In this document: piece after piece, positions 17,301 through 32,300 of the stretch
How positions within the stretch are numbered: position 1 is the first letter of the stretch
Layout: the number at the start of each line of letters is the position of its first letter
NCBI GenBank assembly: GCA_964428315.1
Contig: CAYRXT010000001.1
Coordinates: forward strand, 18,944 to 82,943
DNA from: an uncultured Planctomycetales bacterium
Lineage (GTDB): Bacteria; Omnitrophota; Gorgyraeia; Zapsychrales; CAYRXT01
Length of the DNA stretch: 64,000 nucleotides
Direction of reading: 5' to 3'
Notes under the pieces: model-generated
The model's input: only the letters and a program-made list of their open reading frames with translations
What the model was told of the DNA's origin: nothing
The model's database searches: none
Program-made: the position numbers and the translations under genes

Positions 17301-20300
17301 AGATGCGCGAGAAAAACGCGCTTCTCCCCGAAGATGAGAGGAAGTCGGAAAAGGAACTGCGCAAAGAACTGGCCTACGCCATGTACAACCAGTACAGCGT
17401 GGGAGGGGCCATGCTGAAATTTACCCTCAGCGCCCTGGACGCCGGCACGATCGACAACACGGTCGCCGGCCTGGAATACCTCTCTTCCCTTAAATATGTT
17501 CCGTCCGCCTTTCATGAATACTCCGGCTGGCAGCAGAGAGGCGTCGTGGACATCGCCCTGGACGAGGCCTGCGGCAGCGGCGACTGCGTGGCCTTCAGGG
17601 ACGGCAAAGGGCGGCTGTTTTCGGCGGACAGTGACAGTGACGAGGCGCGCAGGGCCAGGGAACAGGGCCGGATAGTGTCCGAGGATTTCAATAAAGACAG
17701 GCTGACCTTCGCCTGGTCCAAGAACGCCATCACCGGCGACACGACCATGCACATGATGGAAGGGGCCCGCTTCTTCGTGGGCAGCCGCAACTGGGAGGTG
17801 GGTTACGCCCGTCTCAAAAAAGACGAGCCCACCCAGCTGATACTCGACTTCGGCCAGCTGACACCTGCCGAACAGCTCCGGCTGGGGATGCTGGAGAGCA
17901 ACCTGGGCTGGCATTCGCAGAACATGGACGGCTCCTTTAACACGGCCAAACTGCTGACCGCGAACGGCCGGGTCATGGGATCCGAAGGCCCTGAACTGAA
18001 ACGAGGCTACACCTCCAAACTGGAAGAAAAAGACGGCGAAATGAAGATGGTCTACCGCAACGCCGTCGGCGAAGAGGTTGAAGCCGGCGAGGCCGTTGCC
18101 GACGATTATTCCTCCGCAGAACGGATGGAGGTCTTCACCAAGGGCAAGTCCGGTGTCCTCGGCGGTACCGTCAGCCGGGACATCCTCCTTGGCCAGGACA
18201 AGGCGAGCGTGTACGTTATGTACGAAAACCGGCGCAAGTCGTTCCTGGGGCTTGGCAACACGGCCCTGGGCAGCGCGCTGGGCATGACGCGCACCGACCG
18301 CCGCGTGGACGTGGAGTTCAACCGCCACGGCGATTACAACTTTGATGTGGAGGCCGATGTTTATGACATAAGCATGCCCGGGGGCGGCTACGCGGACAGG
18401 CGTGAAGAACGCCATACCGGCAACGTCCGGCTGGGCGTCACCATGTTCATCGGCGGTTCTCTGCGGGATAAAGAGGAGGGCGACTTCATCAACTCCTTCC
18501 GCACCATCGGCCTGCGCACCGACGGCGTGGACAGGGCCGATATCGTGGCCCAGCGCTTCAGCCACGCCGATGACGCGGACATGTCGAAATACTTCGTTGC
18601 CAGCCTGGATTATTTCGCCAACAAGAATGTGGATTTCATAAAGGCGCGCCTGCTGGAGACCTTGGCCGAAAGCCGCGGGATTTCGGCGGAAGGCCTGAAA
18701 GATGTCGTCCGCACGCCTGACCTGAAGGCCGGTTATACGCGCGCGGTCGATGGGACCGGCGACGAGCAGAAGCTGGTGTATTACAGCCTGGCGACCGGCG
18801 CCGAAGTGGAACGGGAAGAGGCCCTCAGGCCTGACGGCGGCAGTGTCGTGGCCGTGTACGACGACGGAAACGGCGGCGAAAGGCGGGTGGACATCACCCG
18901 GAACGACGATAAGACCGGCCGGCCGGAGGCCGGCGAGGCCATCGCGGACCGTGAGCACAGCCTCCTGGAAGAGAGGGACGTCCAGATCGCCCTTTCCCGT
19001 GAGGAGAACGGGGCGGTCAACCACGACCGGTTTCATATATTGTCCAATCTGAGCCGCCTTTCCGGGAACGTGGCGTCCAAAGAGCTGGTCCAGGCGGATT
19101 TTCATGTCGACGCCTTCGCCCGGGAACGCGGCAGGGCCCTGACGCCTCCGCTCAACGATAATGGTAAAGTCAGGGACGATGTGGAGATCCTTGGGGGCAA
19201 TACCTCTGCCCCCGTTTATGTGGACAAAAGAACGGGCGATTTCCTGACCGCCGAAGAGGCCGGCGTCACCGAAGACAGGGGCCTGTTCTTCCAGGAAATA
19301 AGGACCTACAGGAATCTGCCGTATATGGCCGGCATGGGCGGCGATGAGGCCGAACGGGAAAGGGCCGGCGCCCTTTCCGACGCGATGTATATCGAGACGG
19401 TTTACAGCATGCCCACCAGGGGCAGAAATACGACCCTGATCAAGCAGGACGAGCTGTCTTTCGGCATGGGGGACAGGGAGCAGGCTAAGAAATTCCTCGA
19501 CTTATACAAGAAGACGGAGGCCGCGAAGGGCGCTGACATCGGCGAATTCGGACACCTGGCCGGCGCCAAGGGCCGCATCGCCTTCCAGACCACGATATTC
19601 GACAAGGAGTTCACCGGCTCGAAATACGGCGAGATCAACGACAAGGTCCTCAGCGAGCTCAACGACATCAAGGGCGCGATCTTCGACTCCTACGCCGTCG
19701 CCGGAGGGGAAACCCTCGATAAGGGCCGCATGCTCTTCGGCGACCTGAAGGAAATGAAAGAGGTCACCCACCATGTCAGGGCGAATTTCGGTTTTGACAT
19801 GCACGAGATCAGGGCGCAGGACAGAGAACAGCTGGACAAGGCCGTGGCGCAGTTCGACCAGGGCGAGATCGATGAGATCACCATCAGCGGGTACACCGAC
19901 GAGGCCGGGTCCGTCGCCTACAACCTGGAGCTCGGCCAGAAACGGGCCGAGGCCATGAAGGCGTATCTCATCGAGAGGGGCGTGTCCGGAGAGAAGATCA
20001 AGACCGTGTCTCACGGTGAGAAGAAGGTCACGGTGACCGGCAAGGCGTACTCCAAAGAGGCGGGCCTGGTCGACCGCAAGTCCGAGTTCGAGTTCAAGAC
20101 GCTTGAAGAAGGGGAGACCTCGGGCCGTTCGTACGTCAATATCGACAACATCCGCGCGGACGGCCGGATCGAGGGGAACGTCGGCGTCGACGGCTTCCTG
20201 GTCCACGGCGGTGAGGGCATCTCCAACGACACCCTGATCCTGGCGCCCACCGGCGGCATGGAACTGCAGAGCCGCGCGGCCTTTGTCACCACCTTTAACG

Positions 20301-23300
20301 ACGGGATCCGCCAGGGCATGGGACGCAAGGAGGCCCTGGAGCTGGCCTTCGCGGCCGTCAGGCCTCCGGAAGCAGAGTTGAAAACCCTTGCCCCGCCACT
20401 GAAAGACGGTTACATGCGCGTCCTTCCCGGTGACGGGAACGGACCGGCGGGTTACTGGGACATGAACGCGGAGAAGTGGGTCTCCAGGGAAGAGGCCCTG
20501 GATATCCCCGCGGCCGGGGCGGAGTCCGAGGCCGGATCCGTGGACGGCGTGGCCAAGGCCCGCGACCTTGACGCCGGACTGGTGGCCTACGCCACGGAAC
20601 TGCGCAAGGTCGGCGCGGACAAGCCCGGACAGTATGTCCGCGTCCAGGACAACATGCCGGTCCTCCCCAAGAAGGTCATCTTCGACAAGAAAGGCGCCTG
20701 GAACCCCTGGGACACCAAGCGCGTCGATGACGAGGGGACGATGGTCGTGGCCAGCCGGTTCCGCGACGGGACGGTCACGATGAGCGAAGGCGGAGCCGTC
20801 TATTCCAAGGGCCTCAAGGCGACGATCTTCACGAACAAGAACGCCCGGGAAGACCAGGGCCCCATGTACGAGATCCTCGACGGGGTGACCGAACAGCTGG
20901 CCGGCTATGAAGTGGAAGGCAAACAGAGCTTCGCCGTGGTCGCCGGCGCGGGCACCGAGATGGAATACGACGGCCGCAGATGGCTCCTTAAGGACATGGA
21001 CGGCAACATCGTGGGCGAGAGAAAGCTGGCCTACGGCGACGCCGTGGGCACCGGCCGCATATCAAAGAAGGCCGAGGAAAGAGAGAATGTTGACCAGGAC
21101 GAAAAGAGGACCTACCGCTACCGCCTGGGCCACGGCATGGAGGGCGCCACGGCCAACAAGGACGGGATCATCTCCATGGTCTCGAAGTCGGGCGGGGATG
21201 ACAGCGTCATCGTCACGGTCACCAAGACCAAGGGCGGCGCCGGGGAATCCCCCGAGTTCATTTCCTCTTACAAGACCACTTACGACAACATCCATAATAA
21301 GGAAGGCGGGAAGTCCATATTCCAGCACCACACCGTCCGCGAAGAGGGCGAACAGCTCGAATACATCCTCGCCGGAAGCGGCCTGGAATCCACCCGCACC
21401 TACGAAGGCGCCCGGTTCCGCGTCGACCAGGAAGACAAGTCCAGCCTCCACCGGCAGGGGGATAATTTGTATGAGATAACGGGCGACGCAAATAGAGACT
21501 CGGCCGGTTATATCGAACTGGGCAGGCACGGCCTCATCAAGGGGGCCTATGCCAGGATGTGGAACCACGACGGCCTGCACGAAATGAAACAGTTCGGCCG
21601 CTTCGCCGACGCCGAATTCACTATTGTCGCGAAGGGAGACATGTTCATCGAGGACGGGGGCGTTGACGCCTCGCGCTCCGGCGAGTTCTTTTATGTCACG
21701 AAGGACACCAGGAAAGAGCTTCTGCCGGGGATATCCGTCGAGGCCATGTCCCACCTGGGGCTGGGCGACCGCAACCAGGTTGATTCCGGGATCATGGTGA
21801 AGGACTGGAGAGGAAATCTGGTCTTCAAAAAGCTGGCCGAGGCCAGGCTGGACGGGTTTGCCAAAAGAGATAAAGATCTGGTCCTGATCTCTTCGAACGG
21901 AAAACTGTCCGTTGACCGCGGGAAGTTCCTTTATCTTCAGCAGGACATCAAGGAGAACAGCAAGACCGGACCGTCGGGCGGCGGGGAAAACAAGAAGAAA
22001 ACATTTGAAGAGACGGATCCTCGCACGGCCGACCAGAGGCTGGTCTCCCAGGCCAACAAGCAGAGCGGGGAATCCCGCGCCGGCATCCAGGGACTTTACC
22101 GGGGGGACAAGGAGATCATCGACGCTTCCGACGAGGCCATGGCCGAGGCCCAGGCCATCGGCGGCGCAGATGGCGTCGCGCTCCCCGACTTCAAGCTGGA
22201 ATTCATCCCCCACGCCACCGGCGTGACGCCTAACCTCCACACGGCCGGGTCCATGCTGTTTGTCTCCAAAGAGACGACCAAAGACAAGTCCGTCAAGGTC
22301 GGGCACAAGATCACCAAGGTGGCCAAGAACGGCCGCAGGCGCACCGGCCACGACGAAAAGCTGGATGTTTCTAGTGCGGGCGGCGAAGGCAGTGTCATCA
22401 ACTGGGACAAGAACGGAAACATGGTTTTTCTCGGCGGGGACAAACGCTGGAAGGGCGAGAACTATCAATGGACGCACGACGACCACGCCGTCCTGCAGAA
22501 CAAGACCGGCGAATGGGAGGGCGGGCATCTCAGCGCCGCCGCCTTTTCCAGGGAAGCCCGTCTGACCACCGACGGGAAGTGGGCCCTTTTCAAAGGTTTG
22601 GAAGGCAGTTCCTGGGCCAAGGGGTTCTTTGATGTGCAAGGCCAGAAGGTCAAGGTCATCGAGGGGATACGCAACACTTATGTCGGGGTCAAGGAAAACA
22701 AGACCCTCAAGGGCGGGTTCACAGTGCCGGTATATGTGGAAGGCAGCAGCCGGCTGAGCGGCTGGGCCCTGAACGCCGTGGCCGGGACCTCGGGCGTGAC
22801 GCCCTTTGCCGAGGCGCAGGCCGATCCTTCTTCTGCGCAGGAGACGCCGCGTTTCGCGACGTTTGAGCACTTCGGAGAGGTCAAGACCGAAAAAGGTTTG
22901 ACCTTTGAAGGCCAGACATTCAACTTCGATGAAGTCGGCATCAAGATCGAAGAGGCCGGACAGAGCCTCGCGATGAAGATTCAGGGAGTGGACAAGCACG
23001 GCAACCTTCAGCTGGAAACCACGGACGATTTTGTCAACACCCGGGCCGAACACGAGATCGCCGGAGAGATGTACGTTTACGCCCATGATATCGCCGGCTT
23101 CCGGGACCTGCTGGTTGCCAGGGGAGGTCCCCGCATGACCATTCACCTGAGCGGAAAGAAGGACGCCAAGGCCCAGAAAAAAATATTGAAGACAGAATTG
23201 GATGCGCTCAGGACCTACCTCCACGAGCGTTCCCTGCAGGGTTCATCCGATGAGAATATAGCCGACCGTTACAATCCGGAAAAGAGGAACGTCCTGGAAG

Positions 23301-26300
23301 GGATCACATTTGACAATGTCAGAGAAAAAGTCGCGGTCGGGCTGGGCGGCGCGCATCGGTCCACCACCGGATCCTTCGGGACAGTGATGGGACGGGAATT
23401 CAGGGTCCACGGACAGAAGGCCGAGGTCCGTGACGAGAATGGCGAGTACGTAACGAGGTTTGTCGTGGAAAACAACGATTTTCAGACACGGTCCAAGCGC
23501 AAGATCGAAGGGGCCAAGGAAGATGACGAGGTCGTTGTCACGGCGATGTCCACCCGCGGCGGCATCATCGAAAAGGACGACAAGGTCACGGTCTACCACA
23601 GAGACGGCACCTCCACCGAAGGCGCCCTGAGGGCCGTGCCCGTTACAGTGACGGAGAAAGGCAAGGAGGTGGAGAAGCAGAAGCTTACCTTCTTCAAGAA
23701 CGGCGCCACCCTTTCACACAAGGAAAAACTTAAATCACCCGGCGGAGAGGAGTTTACCCTGGTCAGCCACCTCAAGGTCCACGACGGCCAGTTCGTCTCG
23801 GATTCCGAGAAGAAACCCCAGCTTCTGGACAAGAACAACGAGGACTTGATCGCCCTGGCCGACGGCGGCAAAAACCAGAGGGTTGTTATCGACTCGGTCC
23901 ATTCGGGAGATGTTTCCGACGCGGCGGGCAAGACGAGGTCACTGATAACCATAAGGTTTGAAAACGAGGTTGAGGTGGGTTACGATTCGAATCTCACTTT
24001 CAAAAGGAAAGCGATTAAATCGAAAAATAACATCATCGACCTCGTCACCAAGACCCTGTTCAGCCGTGAAGACGCCCTCAGCGAGTTCGGGAAAGGCGCG
24101 GAAGGCGGCAAGACCCTGACCTTTGTCCACAAGAATTTGGGCTACGACCATATCGCGAAATTGTCCCAGGACGAGGGGGAGATCGAGGAGAAGCAGTATG
24201 TCCGGTATTATGACTCGCGGTTGAAGAAAGAGGTGACCGCCGAGTTGATCGTCGGTTCGGAGGTTGAGGGCCGCGATTTTGCCTCGGGCGCCGACAGGAA
24301 GCTTGTCTTTATAGACACCCGCAATGTTAAAGGGATAAAGGAAGATACCCAGGTCTTCGACATGAACACCGGCGACCGGGTGGCAAGCTGGGTGCGCATA
24401 GAGGCCGGCGGCAAGGTTATCGGCGCCACGAAGGACCGTTTCTTCCACCGCCACAAGAAACAGGACGGCTGGCTGGGTCAGAACACGGGACTCCTGAAGG
24501 ACATGAATGACAGCGCCTTCCACCGTACCGGAAAGATGACCTGGGTGAAGAGGAAGCTGATGGACGCCGGCATGAGTTACCATGCGGCGACGGCCCTGGA
24601 TCTTTCCGACCCTTCCGCCTTGACGGTCCTGACCGCCCCGCTGATGGTGATGGGTGTCGCAGCCAAAGCCGGTCAGGCAGCGCGGATGGTCAGAGCCTAT
24701 AAAGCAGCGAAAGATGTTGCGGGGGTGGCCAGAGTTGTGCAGGCCTGGAAAACAGCTAAAAACATTGGAAGGGGAATGGAGGCCCTTTCTCTCCTCAACA
24801 CGGCGAGGAGCGGGGAAAATGTCATGCTGACCATGACCGGGATCCAGAAGGCGGCCGAGGGGGCCAGTCTTGCCGTCAAAGGCAATTCGGCCCTGGCCAT
24901 GTATAAGGCCTCGAGGGCCGTGTCGGCCACAACAAAACTTATGCGGCTCGGCAATACCATGATTAACCAGGGCGCGTTCTTGGGTGCGCTTCAGGCCGGT
25001 GTGTACACGTACCAGGCCGGCGGTGACGCGACCTGGAGCGGGGCGCTCGCAGCGGGGGCCGAGGGCTTTAAGTCCGGAAGAAACTTTGCCCTGATGCTCG
25101 GCAGCGCGTCGGTCCTGGCCAAGGGCACGCGGATATTCCAGGGCATCCAAGCAGGCCGCCGTCTGGAGAAAGCCGCAGAAACCCTGGCTGAAATAGGCAA
25201 AAATTCGAGCGGCCTGAGGTCTTTGACCGCCAAGGTGTCTTCCAAAATACTTGGAGGAGGACTCAAGGTCGCCCGCTCTTCTTATACGGCTGGCGCCCTG
25301 CAGGGCGCGGCGGTCAACGTCGTCCGGGGATACGTGACGGCCCTGCTCGATGATGAAAACGACAACCTCGATGATGAAAACTACAACTGGGGCGATTTCG
25401 GCCGCGACGCTCTCGTCGGCGTTGCCCTCGGAGCGGCCTTCAACGGTACTGTTCTTAACCGCTTTGCGAAAGGTAAAAAGCTTGGGCTTACGATTAAGGA
25501 CAGAACCTACGGCTTCAAGGCGATGGAGGGCGGCAGGTCCTTCGCTGCCGTGAACACGATGAAGCTCGCCGGTTACACGGGGCTCGGCGTCATCGGCGGA
25601 CAGGTGGATTCCTGGCACCGCGGTAAAGGATGGAACTCCCTCGGCGAGGTGGCCATGGACGCCGGGTTCAGCTTCCTTGGCGCTTACGCGACGGTCGCGG
25701 CACCGAAGTGGTCCAAGAGGGTGCTGTATGGTGAAGACGCCAGCGCGTCGATGTTCCTGCGCAAAGGAGAGTTCGCGGAATATTTATTGAACCGCCAAAA
25801 CATCGTAGGAAAAATTTCCAAAACAATCCACAAAAGTACTCAAGGCGTGTTCGGCGCGGAAGGCCTTCTGGCCACATCTCAAAACCCTCTCCTGAGGGGT
25901 CTGCGGGCATACCGTCAGTCTAAGGTCGGGGCCGTCCTCAACACCGGCTTCAAGGGTTTCGGCGCCGGATATGGTCTTTCTTATTTTGATGACGATATCA
26001 AAGGCGGTGCTTTCAGCATGGAAAGGATGAACTACGGCCTGGCCGGCATGACCGCCCTTGGCCTCATGAAGGTCGGCCGTATGGCTTCGAAATGGATTAA
26101 TGAAAAAGCGGTCCAGTCGGCGGTGCAGGAGATGGGGCTGACCGGGCGACAGATCGGTCTTGCGAATATCATAGACAACCCCGCTCTTATAACCCGCATG
26201 TCCATGGCCGGCGCCGTGGATTTCGCCGCCATCGGCCCGGCGTGGGGCATGATGGACATGGCCGCGGTAGGCCTGATCAACAAGGTGACGGGCAGTGACC

Positions 26301-29300
26301 ATGACGCCAAACGCCATTCCTTTATTATGAAGAAGACCGACGCCTACGGCAACGAGACCGGAGACATGGGGCTGTGGGAGTCCATGGCCATGCACGTTAT
26401 GTCCATGGCGCCCAACGGCGCGACGCTGGGGCCGCTTCTCGGCGTGGCGCAGATGCCGTTCACCGCCTTTGCCAGGGCCGGGGAAGGCGAAGCCGCGACA
26501 AAGACATTCGAGTTTATCGCCTCCAGGACACACACCATGCCTTTGACCGTCCTCCAGCTTGCGGGAACGGAGCTGGGCGCCGAGGCCCTTATCGCCCGTT
26601 CACAGTACGGCAAAAATCTCATCGCCGAGCACGGCAAGGACAAAGGCCACCAGATGATCAAGGGTATCGGCCAGCAGGTCGCCTTCATCAGCCTGTTCCT
26701 GAAGCCCAACGCCCGCGCCCTGTCGCCGACCCACAAAATTCTGGAAAAAATCAGCGTTGACACCAACGGCGCCCCGAAAAGGGTTATCAATCAAATCCGG
26801 TACCGCATAAGACAGATTAAGGAGAGAGGCGGATCCCCGTCCGAACTCGATGTCCAAAAGACCATGGAACAGGTCACTAATAAAGCTTTTACAAAATTCA
26901 CCGAAAGCGAGCTCAAGCTCATCAAACAGGGCCTGGAAATGGCCAAAAGGTCTCCGGAAGGGAAACTGGACGTCGATCAGTTGAACCGGATGGCCGACAA
27001 CAACATGATTGAGAATGGAGTGACCCCGGATTTCCTGAAAGGCGAGGAAAGCGTGTTCAAAATACACGAAGGCGAGACCTATCTCATGGAGACGTCCCAT
27101 CAGTTGGAGGGAATGCGGAGACAGATGAAGAAGCAGATCGCCGAAAAGGGCGCGGCGGACCCGAAACTTGTCAAAGATTACAGCGTTTTATACGACCATT
27201 TTACCCACCAGTATGAAATGGGCAAGATGGCAAGGCAGGTGGGTGTTCCTCTTAAATCCGTCGCTGACACGGCCTTGGACGGCCTGTTGGAGAAAGGCCT
27301 CGACCATTTGTTAACACAGAAGGACGGCCAGCGCTTCGAGATGGTGGTGCACTATTCGGGACGGGCAGGCGAGGCGACTCCCTCGGGAAAAAGGAAGACC
27401 GCCACCCTCAGTACCGAGTCCGGCACGGTCACCATCGACGGCAAGACAAGACCCCTGACGGAACAGACGTACAATGAATTCATGGACCGCGTCATCGCGG
27501 ACAAGAAGAGCGGCAAGATCGAGAGGATCGTCGAGATGGGCCTTGACCCGAACGCCATGTTCGAGGGGCAGGCCTCGTGCTATTCCGGCGTCGAGCATTA
27601 TGTTGTCGACGGGAAAATGGTCGACGTCAAGGTCTCGCGGATCTTCGCCAGGGACGCCCAGGCCATGGCTCATGAGACGGCCAAGCTGATGGTCTCCAGC
27701 CACCGGCGCGATCTCCGCGTACGGCAATCTCAGGGCGAGACACCCCGACACACGACGCAGACCGATGTCAGCGCGGCCGAACAATATGTCAATCCCGTGA
27801 TCGCCGCCGAGGGCACGGGCATGCGTCAGTTGGTCTTGGATACGGTCGGCCGGCGCAAAGTGCGGGCCCCGGAGGGCGAATACCGCTCCGGCAAGAATAA
27901 GACCGGCACGCCGCAGGCGCCCCTGCGCGCTTCCTTCGATTCCTTCGCCAGCCTTAACCATGGGGTGGATATCCTTCCTACCGGCGTTCTCCCCGAACAC
28001 CTTGTCAATCCTTCCCGGGAACAGATTTACGAGCAAAAAGAACAGGCCCAAAAAATCCGTTCCCAGATTATGTACCGCATCAAGCGGTATGAACAGAGGA
28101 CGGGAGATAAAAAGCTCGAGGGATTTGATATTGAAAGCGTCATGAACCAGATCGAGACCCGCGGCCGTACGAAGTGGAGCGAAAACGACCTTTTTTTGAT
28201 ACGGGAGTCTCTCGAGAGGGCCAAGGATACCGGCGGCAAGTGGGACCACACGGTCGACCAGATCTTCGGCGGGGCCATGGAGCTGAAGATTTCGGACCGT
28301 CTCCTTAAGGAAGGGTTCACGGCCCGGGCGGTCATCAATTCGCGCGCCGGCATCGGCAAGACGGAGTTTGCGCGGCCGATTGCCGCGGAGGTTGTTCGCC
28401 GGGCCGCGGTGCAGGGGAGCCAGCAGATCATGGTCTGGTCCACCACCACCAACAATCTCCAGAAGGCGATCGAATATTTCAGGGGAGACAACAGGGGAAA
28501 CAACAAGGAAAACAAAGGGCTCGGCCCGGATCGCGTCAAGCATGTCAAAGGCGACGGCCAGGCCATGGACAAGGCCCTCGAGGGCCTGGACGCCAAGCCC
28601 GGCGACATCATCGTGGTCGACCACGGTCAGCTTCAGATGCTGGCCAACGCCGGAAAACTGCGCGGCAAGTTCCTGTTTATCGACGAGCCGCAGGCGGGAT
28701 TCCAGTCTCCGGGCCTGAACGTCGGCCGCCTCAACGGCCAGGGGGCCAGGATTTTTAACGAGGTGCTGGACGCCAAAGGCCGCAAGGAGCGGGAAGGCCA
28801 GTACGATCATGACTGTGGCTTGTACGAGCTTCTGGCCACAAAGATCGAGGCCTATCAAAAAGCCAATGGAGAAGGTGCGGGAATCAAGACAAAGAGCGTG
28901 GAGGGCGTCGAGATCAGGGACCTCAGCCAGGTGGTGGATAAAATCAGGTTTGAAATAAAAAGCGAATGGAAGCAGACCAGACAATATAAAAAGAACCGTT
29001 ATTACGGCAAGGGCAAAAAATTCGACGGCGGCCGCAATTCCGCCGACCGCTACCTGGATATCCTGATCGACGCCGCGGCCGACATCTACTCGGCGAAGAC
29101 ATACGAAGTCACGATCGATAAGAAAACGGGTAAATACGAATCCTACGCGACAATCGACTCAAACACCGGGAAGAAGATGGAACGCACGATGTTCGGCGAC
29201 GACGGCACCGGCATGAACGCCAAGGCCAGGATGCTCATCGCCGGCAAGGCCTCGCGCACCAAGTCGTCGCGTCTGGAACTCCTTCATCACTACACGGAAG

Positions 29301-32300
29301 CCTCGTATCACCAGAGCGATATCTCGACCAATTTCATCAAGGCCGTCGAGCAGGCCGAAGGCTTCATCGCCCTGACGGCCACCGCCAATTCCTACAAGTC
29401 CACGTTTGACAAGCTGAACGCCGAGATTATCCAGACCGGCAAAAAAGAGGTCGATTACGCCGATATCCTGAACAAAACGCTGGATATCCGGGTCGATAAC
29501 CGTTCTCCGACCGAGACCATGCAGTCGGGGCTGGACCGTTTCTTCCAGGGTGAGACCAAAAAGTACGCGTCCGCCCTTAAGAAGCTGACGATCGTTGAGA
29601 GCCGCTTTAGGAAAGGGCGGGCCACTCAGTCGGAAGCGGACCACGCGCGCAAAGAACTTGAGACGGCTAAGAGCCGCATGGAAAAAGACATGACAGACCT
29701 CCTTATCCTTTCGACTAATGACGGCAAGGTGAGGGAGGCCCTGGAGACATACGCCTCTTCGCATGACATGAACGGCGGTAAATATGAGGTCGTGCGCGTT
29801 GAGACCAAGGAACAGCTCGCTTCCCTGCAGAAGCAGATCAAAAGCGAAGCGGAAAACGGCAGGGCCAAGAAGCGCATCGTCATTATGCAGGTTTACGACG
29901 GGATCAACCTGGCGGCGGACTACGGCAGCGGCAAGGGCCGTCTTATCCTGGGTAACCTGGCCTCGAGCGCCGATGCCCTCCAGGGTTTTCAGCGCGTCGG
30001 TGTCATAGCGGAGCTGGCCAAACGCCGCCTCCAGGGCCGCGCGGAATGGCTGATCTCGACCAAGGACAAGCGCATGACCGACGGCGAGTCCGCGAGGTTC
30101 AACGAATTTCTTTCCGCCCACGAGACGGCCAAAAGCGAACTGAAGGAGATCAGGAAAAAGGTCCGCCGTGGCGAGGCCGGTGAGGCTGACGTCCGGAGGG
30201 CCTCGGAGGCCCTGGCCGACGCCAGGACCAAGCTTGTCGCGGAATCCATGCGCGTCTCGGAAAGGATGGACCTGGAGGCGAACGACCGCAGTATCCGCAT
30301 GATGTCGCAGTCTTCAAAGATGTCCGCCAAGGAACTGCGCGACGCCGTGCACGACGCCGACATGGCCGTTCAGAAAAAGAACGCTGAATACTATTTCAGG
30401 CAGGCGGACAAGGACGGGCGGCGGCCGGAGACATTCGAAGTGACCAATCATGAAAATTCGGGCTACGACACGTACAGGGCCCTGCGCGACAAGTCGGGCC
30501 AGTTCACCGGGCTTGAGCACGTCGCCCTGACGGCGACCACCGCGCCGGTCCAGCTTGATCTGCAGGCTCAGCTCCAGCCCGGCCAGACGCTGAGCTTCAC
30601 CGAAGCGCTGTATGACAAAGACGGCGAGGAAACCGGACAGGTCATTTATGGTGAAGACAAACATGTCGCCGGTATTTACAAGACAGAGGTCATCCCGCAG
30701 GCCGGCGGCGAAAACGTCGAGATGGGCTTTGTCTACAACGTCGGAGAGGACAAGGCGTTCACGGCAGGGACGTTGTATGATATCAAGACAATCGACTATA
30801 TCAGACAGAAAGGGACTGATGCGCAGGAAGGCATCCTGCTGGTGAACGGCATGGGCGTCATCCATCTCGATAAGGACAATAAATTTTCTGTGGACGTTCA
30901 AAGCGGTCTTTACAGCATGCCTATCGAGGTCGACCGGATCGCGGGCCGCTTCGACCGCAAGAAAGAAAAGCTTATCAAGGACGAGGTCGTCCTGGCCGCC
31001 AGGCCGGAGGATTTCGCAAAAGAAGGCATTGAGGTACCGGAAGACGCTCTGCAGGCATTGGACAAAAAGGGCCGAGCCCGCGTGAGCCTGGCCGGGGATG
31101 TTTTCGAGAAAAAGTTCGGCGGCGGCTACAAGCTTATGAATGAGACAGTCAGCGCCTTTACACAGAACGCCTTTATCGCGAAGAGGCTCAGCGAAGACGC
31201 AAAAATCAATCGGGACAAGGCCAGGAAGGTCGCCGCGCACGCCCTGAAACGGATCCGTGATCGCAAACAGCGTCTCAGCAGGCTGAACATGGCCGGGGGA
31301 AAATACCAGGACAGGATGAACCAGCTAAACAATCTGGAAAACTATTTCGTGCAGACCCTGGATAATGATACGGAGAACTATAACCTGTATTACATCGACA
31401 TGGACAGCGACGAGATCAGGCAGGACTACATGGAGACCGTCGAGAAGATGGTTGAGCTGGCCGCGTATGATGAGGGGAGCTTGCTGACCATGCTCCAGGA
31501 TTCAAAGACGCCGGAACAGGACCGGCACGCCATTAAAGGGGTTATGGAACTCAGAAAGGAAGGGTTTGAGGTCAACCATATCCTTATAGACCGGTTTAAG
31601 AACTACGCGAAAGGACAAAGATTCGGAGGCCACAGCGGGTCCGGCGGACAGGGCCTCGGGCACAGCACCTATTTGACCAAAGACGCCCCGAAGTCCATTA
31701 ATATCTACAGCCAACAGGTCGGTTTGGACCGAAGCAAGCTTTCGGATCTGGATGCCATGGCCGAGGTGGCCATCCATGAGGCCATTACGGCCACAAAGAA
31801 AGACCAAAGCCATGAGATGGCGGTTGACCTTATTAAAGACATTTACGCGTGGGATAACTCTCTTCAGAATGTGGATATGGAGGACTTGAGCACAAAGACT
31901 GTGAAGGATGTCATCAATTTTCGCGGCGAGGAGTTGCAGTTTGGGGGGGGTATTGGCAATATCACTCTTGATATCCAGGAAGTCACCGAAGATGTGGACG
32001 GCATGAAAGGCCTGCGTCTTGCCCAGGCGAAGATCAATATTGATGCAAGACAAGATCGGATTTTCAATGGCCTGATCCGAAACGGCGATACGCTTGACCT
32101 CAACACGGGCGTAGTTACCCGTGAAAAAGAGACGGTGGCAGTCTTCGTTAACACAGACGTCCTTATCGGCAAGTCCAAGCAGGGCCTGCAGTCCAGCGGT
32201 TTCGACAGGCTGGTGGCGGTGCGGGACAACCATTTTGATCTCGGTTCCCCGTATGGGCCGAACTCCTGGCTGGGCCGGGTCTCGGGCGATATCGTCAACG

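Noticed and set aside
16424-19105. 893-aa minus-strand ORF and about 20 other long minus-strand ORFs between 14.3 and 63.2 kb (e.g. 21062-23224, 23939-25618, 27311-28984, 42059-43780, 47681-49573, 55547-57085, 60092-61957)
   Set aside because: They are antisense to the continuous + strand frame that carries recognisable domains. Their translations are Arg/Gly/Pro/Val-rich with no motifs, as expected for stop-poor antisense frames in high-GC coding DNA.
28330-28720. P-loop NTPase ('AGIGKTE' ... 'KFLFIDEPQ') within the giant ORF
   Set aside because: The spacing does not fit Walker A GxxxxGK[ST] (Ser, not Gly, sits at -5). It is only suggestive and is not reported as a feature.
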